This document shows, one piece after another, positions 22,545-32,412 of a stretch of 64,000 nt of DNA. The stretch spans positions 1,811 to 65,810 of the forward strand of contig JAGWWK010000004.1 in assembly GCA_018970425.1 (NCBI GenBank). The letters are read 5' to 3'. How positions within the stretch are numbered: the stretch's first letter is position 1; every line of letters begins with the position of its first letter. A model generated the notes under the pieces. It was not told the origin of the DNA. It did no database searches and saw only the letters and a list, made by a program, of their open reading frames with translations. The stretch is from Patescibacteria group bacterium. Its GTDB lineage: Bacteria; Patescibacteriota; Minisyncoccia; Phycocordibacterales; Phycocordibacteraceae. The translations under genes and the position numbers were made by a program.

Positions 22545-23834
22545 ATGGGTAGTTCTCGAATTTTTGCGGCACTTATTCTCGCTCTCGGCGTCCTTATTGG
22601 ATACTTTGTCTACACGACCGAAACCCCGGGGAATTCCTACGCATTTACCTACGGCCTTGACCTTGCAGGTGGCACGCACCTTCTCTACGGCGCTGATACA
22701 AATGAACTCGAGCCAAGCGCGGTTCCTGACGCGATGAACTCGCTTCGTGACGTTATAGAGCGTCGCGTCAACTTGTTCGGAGTATCGGAGCCGCTCGTCC
22801 AGGTAGAGCGCGGTGGTGTAGGATCAGACGGAGGGAATCGCCTTATTGTAGAACTTCCTGGCGTAACAAACATTGAGGAGGCGATTGCGGCGATTGGTAA
22901 AACTCCGACATTAGATTTCCGCCTCGCGGTTCCCGATCAAACATCAACCGCGTATGTGGCAACAGGACTTACGGGCCAGTACCTCGAGCGCGCCCAGCTT
23001 GAATTCGGGTCAAACGCACCGGGCGCGCTCCCTTCGCCGGTCATATTACTAACGTTTACCGCTGAAGGCGGCGAGCGCTTCAAGAACATTACTGAAGCGA
23101 ATGTTGGTTCAGCGCTCGGTATTTTCCTCGACAATCAGCTCATTTCTGATCCCGTCATTCAAGAAGCGATCCCTGGCGGTAAGGCGACTATCACGGGCAC
23201 ATTTACTGCGGAAGAGGCACGAGAAATAGTGCGAAACCTTAACTTCGGCGCGCTTCCAGTTCCAATCTCGCTCCTTTCGTCGCAAACAGTTGGGGCATCT
23301 CTTGGGCAAGAGGCTATTGCCGCATCTGCGTTTGCGGGCCTTATCGGCTTTCTTCTCGTTGTGGTCTTTCTGATTGCGTGGTACCGACTGCCAGGTGTAG
23401 TGGCGGGTTTGGCGCTCCTCGCGTATGTTGCGCTGTCGTTGGCAATCTTTAAACTCATTCCAGTCACACTGACGGTGGCGGGACTCGCGGCGTTCATCCT
23501 CTCAATCGGCATGGCGGTCGACGCAAATATTCTTATTTTTGAGCGAACACGTGAGGAGCTCGAACAAGGAAAGTCGCTCATTGAAGCAATCGAACTTGGG
23601 TTCAATCGCGCATGGCTCTCAATCCGCGATTCTAACCTTTCATCCATCATTACCGGCACTATCTTGTACTGGATGGGTGGCACGGCGCTTATTCAGGGCT
23701 TTGCGCTTGTGTTTGTGATTGGTGTTCTTCTTTCAATGTTTACCGCAATCACCGTATCTCGAACACTTCTTCTCGCGATAGGTATGCGCGATACGCCACT
23801 CGCGCGACGCTTATTTGGTAACGGTATCGCATAA
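22545..23834 (+). CDS. secD: Protein translocase subunit SecD
   Basis: GLDLAGG, IERRVNLFGVSEP, SIGMAVDANILIFERTREEL. Confidence 0.97.
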   Translation: MGSSRIFAALILALGVLIGYFVYTTETPGNSYAFTYGLDLAGGTHLLYGADTNELEPSAVPDAMNSLRDVIERRVNLFGVSEPLVQVERGGVGSDGGNRLIVELPGVTNIEEAIAAIGKTPTLDFRLAVPDQTSTAYVATGLTGQYLERAQLEFGSNAPGALPSPVILLTFTAEGGERFKNITEANVGSALGIFLDNQLISDPVIQEAIPGGKATITGTFTAEEAREIVRNLNFGALPVPISLLSSQTVGASLGQEAIAASAFAGLIGFLLVVVFLIAWYRLPGVVAGLALLAYVALSLAIFKLIPVTLTVAGLAAFILSIGMAVDANILIFERTREELEQGKSLIEAIELGFNRAWLSIRDSNLSSIITGTILYWMGGTALIQGFALVFVIGVLLSMFTAITVSRTLLLAIGMRDTPLARRLFGNGIA

Positions 23835-23840
23835 CCTTGT

Positions 23841-24752
23841 ATGTTCATTGTTCAATATCGACGACTCTGGTACGGTATCTCAGCGTTACTCCTCATAGCG
23901 TCCCTCGCATCAGTCTTTATCTTCGGACTCAAGTTCGGGATTGACTTCACCGGCGGCTCAATCATGGAGGTGCAGTACGTCGATTCGAAGCCGGAAAAGG
24001 AAGATATTGCTGCTGCACTCACTGCGGCCAACATCGAGGGCGCGTCGGTGCGCGAAACTGGTGCGTCAGGGTACTTGATCCGAACCCCATTTCTCACTCC
24101 GGAAGAGTACAGTACCGTACGCGCGGCACTTGGGGGGACAGAGGTGCGCTATGACGCAATCGGACCAGCGATCGGCTCCGAGCTCGCTACGCGAGCAGCA
24201 TACGCTATCCTCCTCGTGCTTCTCTCAATTGCGCTCTTTGTCGCGTTTGCATTCCGCAAAGTCTCGAAGCCAGTATCGAGCTTTAAGTATGGCGGTGTGG
24301 CACTCCTCGCGCTCGCACACGACGTCATTGTGCCGCTTGGTGCCTTCGCACTCATGGGTCACGTTATGGGTGCAGAAGTCGATACACTTTTTGTTACCGC
24401 GCTCCTCGTCATTCTCGGCTTCTCAGTGCACGACACGATTGTCGTGTTTGACCGAACGCGCGAAAACCTCAAGCTCCTTGCAGATGCAAAGCGCACGGAA
24501 CCGTTTGAAGAGACGGTCGGTCGTTCAGTATCACAGACCCTCGCGCGCTCCATCAACACCTCGCTCACTACCGTACTTGTGCTCGTAGCGCTCTACATCT
24601 GGGGACCCGAATCGACCGCGTTCTTTACGCTCACGCTCCTTATCGGTATCATCGCGGGTACCTACTCCTCAATCTGCATCGCATCACCGCTTCTTGTGAC
24701 GTTGCAAAAGATGCAGAAAGATGTACCTGACGAGTCCAAAAAGAAGCGATGA
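23841..24752 (+). CDS. secF: Protein translocase subunit SecF
   Basis: GIDFTGG, GFSVHDTIVVFDRTRENL, RSINTSLT. Confidence 0.97.
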   Translation: MFIVQYRRLWYGISALLLIASLASVFIFGLKFGIDFTGGSIMEVQYVDSKPEKEDIAAALTAANIEGASVRETGASGYLIRTPFLTPEEYSTVRAALGGTEVRYDAIGPAIGSELATRAAYAILLVLLSIALFVAFAFRKVSKPVSSFKYGGVALLALAHDVIVPLGAFALMGHVMGAEVDTLFVTALLVILGFSVHDTIVVFDRTRENLKLLADAKRTEPFEETVGRSVSQTLARSINTSLTTVLVLVALYIWGPESTAFFTLTLLIGIIAGTYSSICIASPLLVTLQKMQKDVPDESKKKR

Positions 24753-25291
24753 TCATTGGCCTTGCAGGATCCTTCGGAGCGGGGAAGGGCGCGGTCGTAG
24801 ACTACTTGGTTGCGAAGAAGGGTTTTACTCACTACTCGGCTAGTAAATTTATTACCGAGGAGATTCTACGACGCGGTCTGCCGGTCAACCGCGACTCTAT
24901 GACACTTGTGGCAAATGAATTGCGTGCAGCGCATGGACCTGCGTATATTATTGAAACTCTGTATGGAGAGGCGCAGAAGGCTGGCGGAAATGCTGTCATC
25001 GAGTCACTGCGCGCAGTAGCAGAGGTGAGAAAAATAAAAGCACTTGGTGGACGAGTCATTGGTGTTGATGCGCGGCCGGAACTTCGCTACGAGCGCTCAG
25101 TAAAGCGCGGGTCGCTCAAGGATACTGTTTCGTACGATAAGTGGTTGGAGCAAGAGCGCGCGGAGACGAACCCCGATGATCCGACGAAGCAGGACATTTT
25201 CGGTGCACTCAAGGAGGCCGATCTGGTTATAGAAAATAACGGATCGTTTGCAGACCTCGATAAGGAAATCGAAGCCGCACTCTGGAATTAA
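24749..25291 (+). CDS. P-loop kinase, dephospho-CoA/nucleoside monophosphate kinase-like
   Basis: IIGLAGSFGAGKG Walker A; ADLVIENNGS. Confidence 0.75.
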   Translation: MIIGLAGSFGAGKGAVVDYLVAKKGFTHYSASKFITEEILRRGLPVNRDSMTLVANELRAAHGPAYIIETLYGEAQKAGGNAVIESLRAVAEVRKIKALGGRVIGVDARPELRYERSVKRGSLKDTVSYDKWLEQERAETNPDDPTKQDIFGALKEADLVIENNGSFADLDKEIEAALWN

Positions 25292-25305
25292 GTCCTGCAT
25301 ATTCT

Positions 25306-25500
25306 GTGGTTATAACTCGTGAAAATGTGCTGCAAGCAACTGTAGGTTTCAGCAGCGCATACTGTATTTGGTATGTGTTAGACCAGCTCAGTATCTTTGA
25401 GTTATCCATGACATCAGAAGAAAAGCATACTGCATTCATTATCGCTCTTGTGAACGTTATTCTGGCAGGATTGCTCTTGTTACCAAAGCGGAGGCGATGA
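25306..25500 (+). CDS. Small hypothetical two-TM protein
   Basis: 64 aa with two hydrophobic stretches; fills the gap between genes. Confidence 0.4.
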   Translation: MVITRENVLQATVGFSSAYCIWYVLDQLSIFELSMTSEEKHTAFIIALVNVILAGLLLLPKRRR

Positions 25501-25518
25501 ATCTCCGATCCAGCGAGA

Positions 25519-26196
25519 CTACTGGATCCGCGTGCCGGCAAACGGTTTACCGGAAAGGTATTTTTCAAACTCATCGAGTGCGGGGCCTATGATGGCCACC
25601 TCTATCCCTGCCTCAGCTGCCTCCTCAGCAGCGACTGGATCAAATGGGGCATTGAGGCCAGGGTCCCACTCGCTCGGCATCAGTGCGCGAAAATCGGTCC
25701 ACGAGAGCGTATCGAACTTTGTAGCGGCAGGGTTTTTCTTGGGGTCTTCTGAGTAGACGGCGTCCACTGAGGAAATATTGACGAGTCGGGTCGCACCAAC
25801 ATTTTTTGCAATTTTTGTAGCTACGTAGTCGGTTGACCAGCCGGGCTGCCATCCGGCGGCTATGACAACATCCGCCTCTACTATTGGGTCAGTCGGGTCA
25901 TCAATGAGTGCAGGATGCGCTTCAGCTCGAAACAAGGAGCGCAGTAAGTGACCATTCAACCGAGTCGCGTGTATGCCTATCCAGTCGAGATCGTTTTTTG
26001 AAAGTTCTCCAAGGGAGCGCGCTGCTTCCTGATACTCACGAGCAGTCTTGCCGCCGCCGGAAATAATAATAAATCGCTCGCCGGGGATGCGCGACCGGAT
26101 CACTGTCGCGAAGCGCTTCAAGTACTCAGTATCAATACTATCTGGAACAATAACTGACCCTCCGAGCGACACCACCGTCCATCGGGCATTTCCCAT
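25519..26196 (-). CDS. pyrH: UMP kinase, archaeal-type
   Basis: VVSLGGSV, GGGKTAREYQ, LDWIGIHATRLN, GWQPGWSTDYVA, PFDPVAA. Confidence 0.92.
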   Translation of the reverse strand: MGNARWTVVSLGGSVIVPDSIDTEYLKRFATVIRSRIPGERFIIISGGGKTAREYQEAARSLGELSKNDLDWIGIHATRLNGHLLRSLFRAEAHPALIDDPTDPIVEADVVIAAGWQPGWSTDYVATKIAKNVGATRLVNISSVDAVYSEDPKKNPAATKFDTLSWTDFRALMPSEWDPGLNAPFDPVAAEEAAEAGIEVAIIGPALDEFEKYLSGKPFAGTRIQ

Positions 26197-26278
26197 GCGC
26201 CCACTCTACCATGCGGGGTGGGGGAAAGCTGTGGAAAATACTGTGCGTAAGGGGGTGGGGGTGTAGAAGGGTCCGTTC

Positions 26279-26307
26279 TTGACACAGTCGTTTGCGGCGA
26301 GTATACT
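26279..26307 (+). promoter_or_regulatory. 16S rRNA promoter
   Basis: TTGACA-N17-TATACT; boxA-like CGTTCCTTGAAAA at 26436-26448. Confidence 0.85.
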
Positions 26308-26546
26308 CGTGAGAGCTATAGGGGTCTCCTCTATAGCATTGTTCTAACAGTATGTATACGGTCATCTAGTCACAATGTCTAGCTGTACTGTGTAACTGCT
26401 GTCGGAGCGAAAGCCTCCGACTTTTTGTTTCGGAGCGTTCCTTGAAAATTAAAGACGACAAGACAAAACCAGTATTGAATTCACACGAGCAAGTTTTTCT
26501 TCTGTTTCGACCATCGATTCGTGCCCGCCAATTGGAGGCATGAATC

Positions 26547-28005
<1,459 letters not shown>

Positions 28006-28231
28006 TTGGAAACGTCATGCTTCGGCATGATTGATCCGGCGATACATTGATGAGAATCGATGATGAGTATTAGCGCACAACTCTAAATGGCGCTCGGTAC
28101 CCCGATGTACGAAACGGGGATGGATCGAAACAGAAGAAAGTATTGCTCTGTGATTCATACTGGGTCTGTCGTCGCATAAAGTTGTTAAGTAGATACGGGT
28201 TTTTAATGTTTCATTTTCTTGAATAATCAGT

Positions 28232-28516
28232 ATGGAGTTTTTTCATAAAATGACTATTGGTGCAGGCAAAAATGCGTTCGTTCTCACTGAAGGGGGTATT
28301 ATTTCATATTCCATTGTAGACGGACAGATAACGACTGCCGAGATACTACTTATCGCCGCAGGGGGTATTGGTGGAGGTCTTGTACAGGGGATCGTGTATC
28401 TACTAGGTGGTGATACGTTGCGGTTTAGAACTCGAGATGGTGAGATCGAAGGACCACCTACTAGAGGATCAACGAGGCGTAGGGAAAGGGGGAGGCGCTA
28501 TACTGCACGGCGCTAG
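28232..28516 (+). CDS. Hypothetical protein
   Basis: 94-aa AT-rich ORF with one hydrophobic segment; no recognisable motif. Confidence 0.3.
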   Translation: MEFFHKMTIGAGKNAFVLTEGGIISYSIVDGQITTAEILLIAAGGIGGGLVQGIVYLLGGDTLRFRTRDGEIEGPPTRGSTRRRERGRRYTARR

Positions 28517-28626
28517 CTCAAATCCGCTTTTTTTGCTACTATCACGAAACGCACGCAAGAGCCTACGGCTCCAGGCGTGCGTCGCTCGGATGGCATGAAC
28601 GCAAGCGTTCGCGCCACTGCTCGCTC

Positions 28627-28702
28627 GCGCGCTTAGCTCAGTTGGTAGAGCACTCGACTGATACTCGAGCGGTCCTAGGTTCGAATCCTAGAGCGCGCAC
28701 CA
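28627..28702 (+). tRNA. tRNA-Ile(GAT)
   Basis: 76-nt cloverleaf: GCGCGCT/AGCGCGC acceptor stem, CTCGA-CTGATAC-TCGAG anticodon arm, GGTTCGAATCC, encoded CCA. Confidence 0.93.
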
Positions 28703-28706
28703 GACT

Positions 28707-28735
28707 AAAAACCTGCACTGTTGCAGGTTTTTTTC
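28707..28735 (+). terminator. Bidirectional intrinsic terminator
   Basis: AAAAACCTGCA-CTGT-TGCAGGTTTTTTT. Confidence 0.85.
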
Positions 28736-28829
28736 ATGATAGCGACGGAGCAGTAGCGCGAGTTTCGAGCGAGGGTAGGGCGCGTACATGTGGGCGCACG
28801 ATACTTGCCTTTCATACAGTTTTTATGCG

Positions 28830-29495
28830 TTATGAAAGACCTAGTTCCGAAAAGAGTGAGCGCACCTCTATGTCGCTTACCTCTCTTGCTGACCCTGATG
28901 TAAGTTTACCGATTTCGATGTTCATGATTCGGGTGCGCATGAGATCGACGACGGTGTAGCCCAGGGCCTCGCACATACGCCGTATTTGGTGCTTCTTGCC
29001 CTCTGTGAGGATTATAGAAAAAGTGCTTTCACCAAGGACGTGTACTTCACACGGTCGCGTCGTGTACTCGCCGATGTCGACACCAGAGGACATCTTGCTC
29101 TCGAAGTCAGGCCGAAGCTTTTCCTGCACTTCTACAACGTACTCTTTCTCGTGCTCGAAGTCTGGGTTTAAAAGGCGATCGGTCAAGCGTCCGTCGTTCG
29201 TAAGGAAGAGGAGTCCGTGCGAGTCTTTGTCTAATCGGCCGATGGGGAAGAGTCCGTTTTCGTTCTCGGGAGTTGTCTTGCCACGCGGCTTATTGTACGC
29301 AACGTATTTGTACCTCTTTGTCTTAAGGTTAACCACGACAGCGTCGCCCTCGTGTACTTGGTCACCGAGGGTCGCGATGCGTCCATTGAGCTCCACTTTG
29401 CCGTTTTTGATATGCATATCTGCCTCACGACGCGTGCAGTACTGTTTATATGCAAGATATTTGTTGATACGCATCGGGTATACTGGGTCGGGCAT
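28830..29495 (-). CDS. rRNA pseudouridine synthase, RsuA/RluF family
   Basis: S4 domain RINKYLA...TRREAD, GRLDKDSHGLLFLTNDG, LTEGKKHQIRRMC. Confidence 0.95.
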   Translation of the reverse strand: MPDPVYPMRINKYLAYKQYCTRREADMHIKNGKVELNGRIATLGDQVHEGDAVVVNLKTKRYKYVAYNKPRGKTTPENENGLFPIGRLDKDSHGLLFLTNDGRLTDRLLNPDFEHEKEYVVEVQEKLRPDFESKMSSGVDIGEYTTRPCEVHVLGESTFSIILTEGKKHQIRRMCEALGYTVVDLMRTRIMNIEIGKLTSGSAREVSDIEVRSLFSELGLS

Positions 29496-29509
29496 ACTCG
29501 CTATATACC

Positions 29510-30205
29510 ATGAAAGCCGTCATTTTAGCTGCAGGAGAAGGAACGCGTATGCGTCCGCTTACGTTAGAAACGCCGAAGCCACTTCTTGAGGTTTTAGGAA
29601 AGCCGCTTATCGCGTACACGTTCGCCGCACTTCCAGACTCAGTGACGGAGGTACTAGTGGTGGTGAATTATAAAGAGGAACAGATACGCGCGTTTCTTGG
29701 AGACTTGTATGAGGGAAAGAGGGTGACATATATCACGCAAAAAACGCTCGACGGTACCGGGGGAGCGCTCTGGGCAGCCAGGGAGCACCTAATGAGCGAG
29801 GAGCGATTTCTCGTTCTTATGTCCGACGACATCTATAGAAAGGAAGATGTCGAGCATTGTGCAGAAGTTTTAAACTCTATGATGCTCTATCGCGCTCAAA
29901 AAGGCGAGAAGGTTGGTGCAGTAAAAGTAGAGGACGGGTATGTTACCGGAGTGGTCGAGGGGAGTGCAGAGTTTACAGATGTACCCACGATAAATACTGG
30001 TGTGTATTGCCTAACCCCAGATTATTTTAATGTTCCGCAAATTCCTAAGTCTCCTCAGAGTCATGAGTTTGGACTACCTCAAACCATGATAGCTGCATAC
30101 CCGCGCGGTATACGCGCGGCGTACGCGGATTTCTGGCTTTCACTCACCGAGCCTAAGGATATTGCGCGAGCAGAGTCTGTACTAAGTGGGCACGAGAGGA
30201 CTTGA
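29510..30205 (+). CDS. Sugar-phosphate nucleotidyltransferase
   Basis: KAVILAAGEGTRMRPLTLETPKPLL. Confidence 0.92.
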   Translation: MKAVILAAGEGTRMRPLTLETPKPLLEVLGKPLIAYTFAALPDSVTEVLVVVNYKEEQIRAFLGDLYEGKRVTYITQKTLDGTGGALWAAREHLMSEERFLVLMSDDIYRKEDVEHCAEVLNSMMLYRAQKGEKVGAVKVEDGYVTGVVEGSAEFTDVPTINTGVYCLTPDYFNVPQIPKSPQSHEFGLPQTMIAAYPRGIRAAYADFWLSLTEPKDIARAESVLSGHERT

Positions 30206-30268
30206 ACCTCCAAGGATTGCTCCATACGCTTCTGAGACGTACGCGTATACCAGTTCCGCCACGTGCCC
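30187..30268 (-). tRNA. tRNA-Leu(CAG)
   Basis: Minus strand GGGCACGTGGCGGAACTGGTATACGCG-TACGT-CTCAGAA-GCGTA, long variable arm, GGTTCAAGTCC, CGTGCCCA; CCA not encoded. Confidence 0.95.
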
Positions 30269-30364
30269 AAGTGAGGAGCGCCGCGAACATGTGTGTTCAT
30301 GGCGTCCGAACGCTGGGCACGAAAGGTTTCCTTACAGTGCCCTAACGGACGTACTATAGCATTG

Positions 30365-30697
30365 TTACTTTTTCTCGAACAGCACGAACGGAGGATGATA
30401 CTTCTTCCGGAGTGAGAAGCATCCATACGCGACACCTAGCATGTTAATGGCTATGTCAGAGAGCGAATTAATGTATGTTTCGTTTCCGAACACGATGCCA
30501 TAGTTTTCATACAAAAAAGGAAAAAGAACATAAAGTTCAAATGGTTCAAACACAACAACCAGTGCGAGGGCGAGGATGGGATGCATGATCCAACCCAAAA
30601 AAGCACTTGATCCGAAGTGAACCAGTGTCCAGAAATCAATCAGTTGGTTATTGAGTGGCACGGTACTTGCGTCCCACGAGGCGTTTTGAGCGTCCAC
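30365..30697 (-). CDS. Small membrane protein
   Basis: Hydrophobic 110 aa with DxWTxxH and NSLSDIAIN motifs; GTG start 6 nt after TACAAT. Confidence 0.65.
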   Translation of the reverse strand: MDAQNASWDASTVPLNNQLIDFWTLVHFGSSAFLGWIMHPILALALVVVFEPFELYVLFPFLYENYGIVFGNETYINSLSDIAINMLGVAYGCFSLRKKYHPPFVLFEKK

Positions 30698-30720
30698 CGG
30701 TCAATTGTACAATGAGCGCT

Positions 30721-32412
30721 ATGGACGTTGGGGATACATTTAGGGGCAAGAAAGTCACCGTCATGGGTCTCGGGCTTCTGGGACGCGGCGTTGGGGACGC
30801 GGTGTTTCTGGCAGAGCAGGGAGCTGAGCTTATCATCACAGATTTAAAAACTGAGTCGCAGTTAGCGCCCTCCCTCGAAAAGTTGAAAAAATTTTCTAAC
30901 ATAACGTACCGCTTGGGCGGGCATGACCTTGCTGATTTTCGCGGCCGCGACTACATCCTCAAAGCGGCAGGTGTGCCACTTCAAAATCCATACATAGATG
31001 AAGCGCGCAAAAATGGAATTCCGATAAAAATGAGCGCGTCCTGGTTCGCGGAAATCGCTGGAATCAAAACGGTAGGTGTCACAGGTACTCGTGGCAAGAC
31101 CACTACCACGTACATGCTGTACGACATTATGCGTGCTGCCGGCATGCATGTTCTTCTCGGCGGCAATATCCGCGGGGTATCAACGCTCGCGCTTCTACCG
31201 CAAGTCACTAGTGACTCAATCGCGCTCATGGAGATTGACTCGTGGCAATGCAAGGGATGGGGAGAGGCAAAAATGAGTCCGCATGTCGCGGTATTTACGA
31301 CTTTTATGCGCGACCACATGGACTATTACAAAGGAGACATGCGGGCGTATCTTTTTGACAAGGCACAGATTTTTTTATACCAAACATCTGAGGATACATT
31401 TGTTGTTTCTGATCAGGTACTGCCACAGCTCGCCGAGTACAGTCATGCCTCGCGCGCGCAGGTGCGCGTTGCGCGGGCGCAGGGTATCGAGCTTTCTATA
31501 CCAGGCGAACATAACCAGCTGAACGCCGCTTGCGCTTTAGAAGCGGCTCGTGCGCTGGGTATAGAGGATGCGACTATCTTTGCTGCGCTCGCGGCGTTTG
31601 CTGGGGTAGAAGGTCGACTTGAACGCGTGCGTGAAGTAAATGGCGTTCTATATTATAACGACACGACTGCTACTACGCCGCAGGCATTACTTGCAGCGCT
31701 TCGTGCCCTGGGCGGACCTCGCACCATTGTGATTGCAGGTGGGACGAGTAAAGATATTGATGTGTCAGTTCTGCCGTCCGCACTCAAAGAGCAGAAGCAT
31801 GTCGTGTATCTCGCGGGGAGTGGCACAGACGAACTTGGTATTCAGGGCGCGCATACAACTTTGAAGAGTGCATTCAGTGAGGCGTGCGGATATGCTGAGT
31901 CAGGAGACATCGTGCTGTTGAGTCCGGGTTTTTCCTCTAAGGGTATGTTTTTGAACGAGTACGATCGTGGCGATCAGTACGTTGCGCTCGTCCGCTCGGT
32001 CCCAGATCTCACAGAGCTTAAGCCGAAAGTGCGGGCGCTGGCCGAAGCGCTCAAAGCCGAGTGCATGCGAGAGGGGTTCCGCATTATTATCTCTCGTGGA
32101 TTCCGGTCTCCTGAGGAGCAAGAGGCGCTCTACGAGCTTGGTCGTACGAAGCCGGGCTCTATTGTGACGCATGCAAAGGGCGGGTCTTCGTATCACAATT
32201 ACGGTGTAGCGTTCGATATACGACCGATAGTGCCCGATGGTGTGAAAGAAGAGTACTATCGACGCGCAGGGCCACTAGGAGAGAAACTCGGACTCTCATG
32301 GGGAGGACGGTGGGAGAGCTTTACGGACTTACCACACTTCGAGTTTACGGCTGGGTATTCACTAGAGGACTTTCAATCTGGACGAGTTGATCCGCGCGAC
32401 TTTCAAGTATGA
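30721..32412 (+). CDS. murD: MurD (UDP-MurNAc-L-Ala:D-Glu ligase) fused to a C-terminal M15 zinc peptidase
   Basis: MurD motifs GLGLLGRG, GVTGTRGKTTT, GVEGRLE, YYNDTTAT, LLSPGFSS...NEYDRGDQY; then in frame FRSPEEQEALYELGRTKPG...SYHNYGVAFD...WGGRW...DLPHFE. Confidence 0.93.
   Translation: MDVGDTFRGKKVTVMGLGLLGRGVGDAVFLAEQGAELIITDLKTESQLAPSLEKLKKFSNITYRLGGHDLADFRGRDYILKAAGVPLQNPYIDEARKNGIPIKMSASWFAEIAGIKTVGVTGTRGKTTTTYMLYDIMRAAGMHVLLGGNIRGVSTLALLPQVTSDSIALMEIDSWQCKGWGEAKMSPHVAVFTTFMRDHMDYYKGDMRAYLFDKAQIFLYQTSEDTFVVSDQVLPQLAEYSHASRAQVRVARAQGIELSIPGEHNQLNAACALEAARALGIEDATIFAALAAFAGVEGRLERVREVNGVLYYNDTTATTPQALLAALRALGGPRTIVIAGGTSKDIDVSVLPSALKEQKHVVYLAGSGTDELGIQGAHTTLKSAFSEACGYAESGDIVLLSPGFSSKGMFLNEYDRGDQYVALVRSVPDLTELKPKVRALAEALKAECMREGFRIIISRGFRSPEEQEALYELGRTKPGSIVTHAKGGSSYHNYGVAFDIRPIVPDGVKEEYYRRAGPLGEKLGLSWGGRWESFTDLPHFEFTAGYSLEDFQSGRVDPRDFQV

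Noticed and set aside
24749-26196. Archaeal-type PyrH and kinase as recent horizontal transfer
   Set aside because: Archaeal-like PyrH is common in CPR and the composition matches neighbouring genes
28642-28959. 105-aa ORF
   Set aside because: Overlaps tRNA-Ile, its terminator and the antisense strand of the pseudouridine synthase gene
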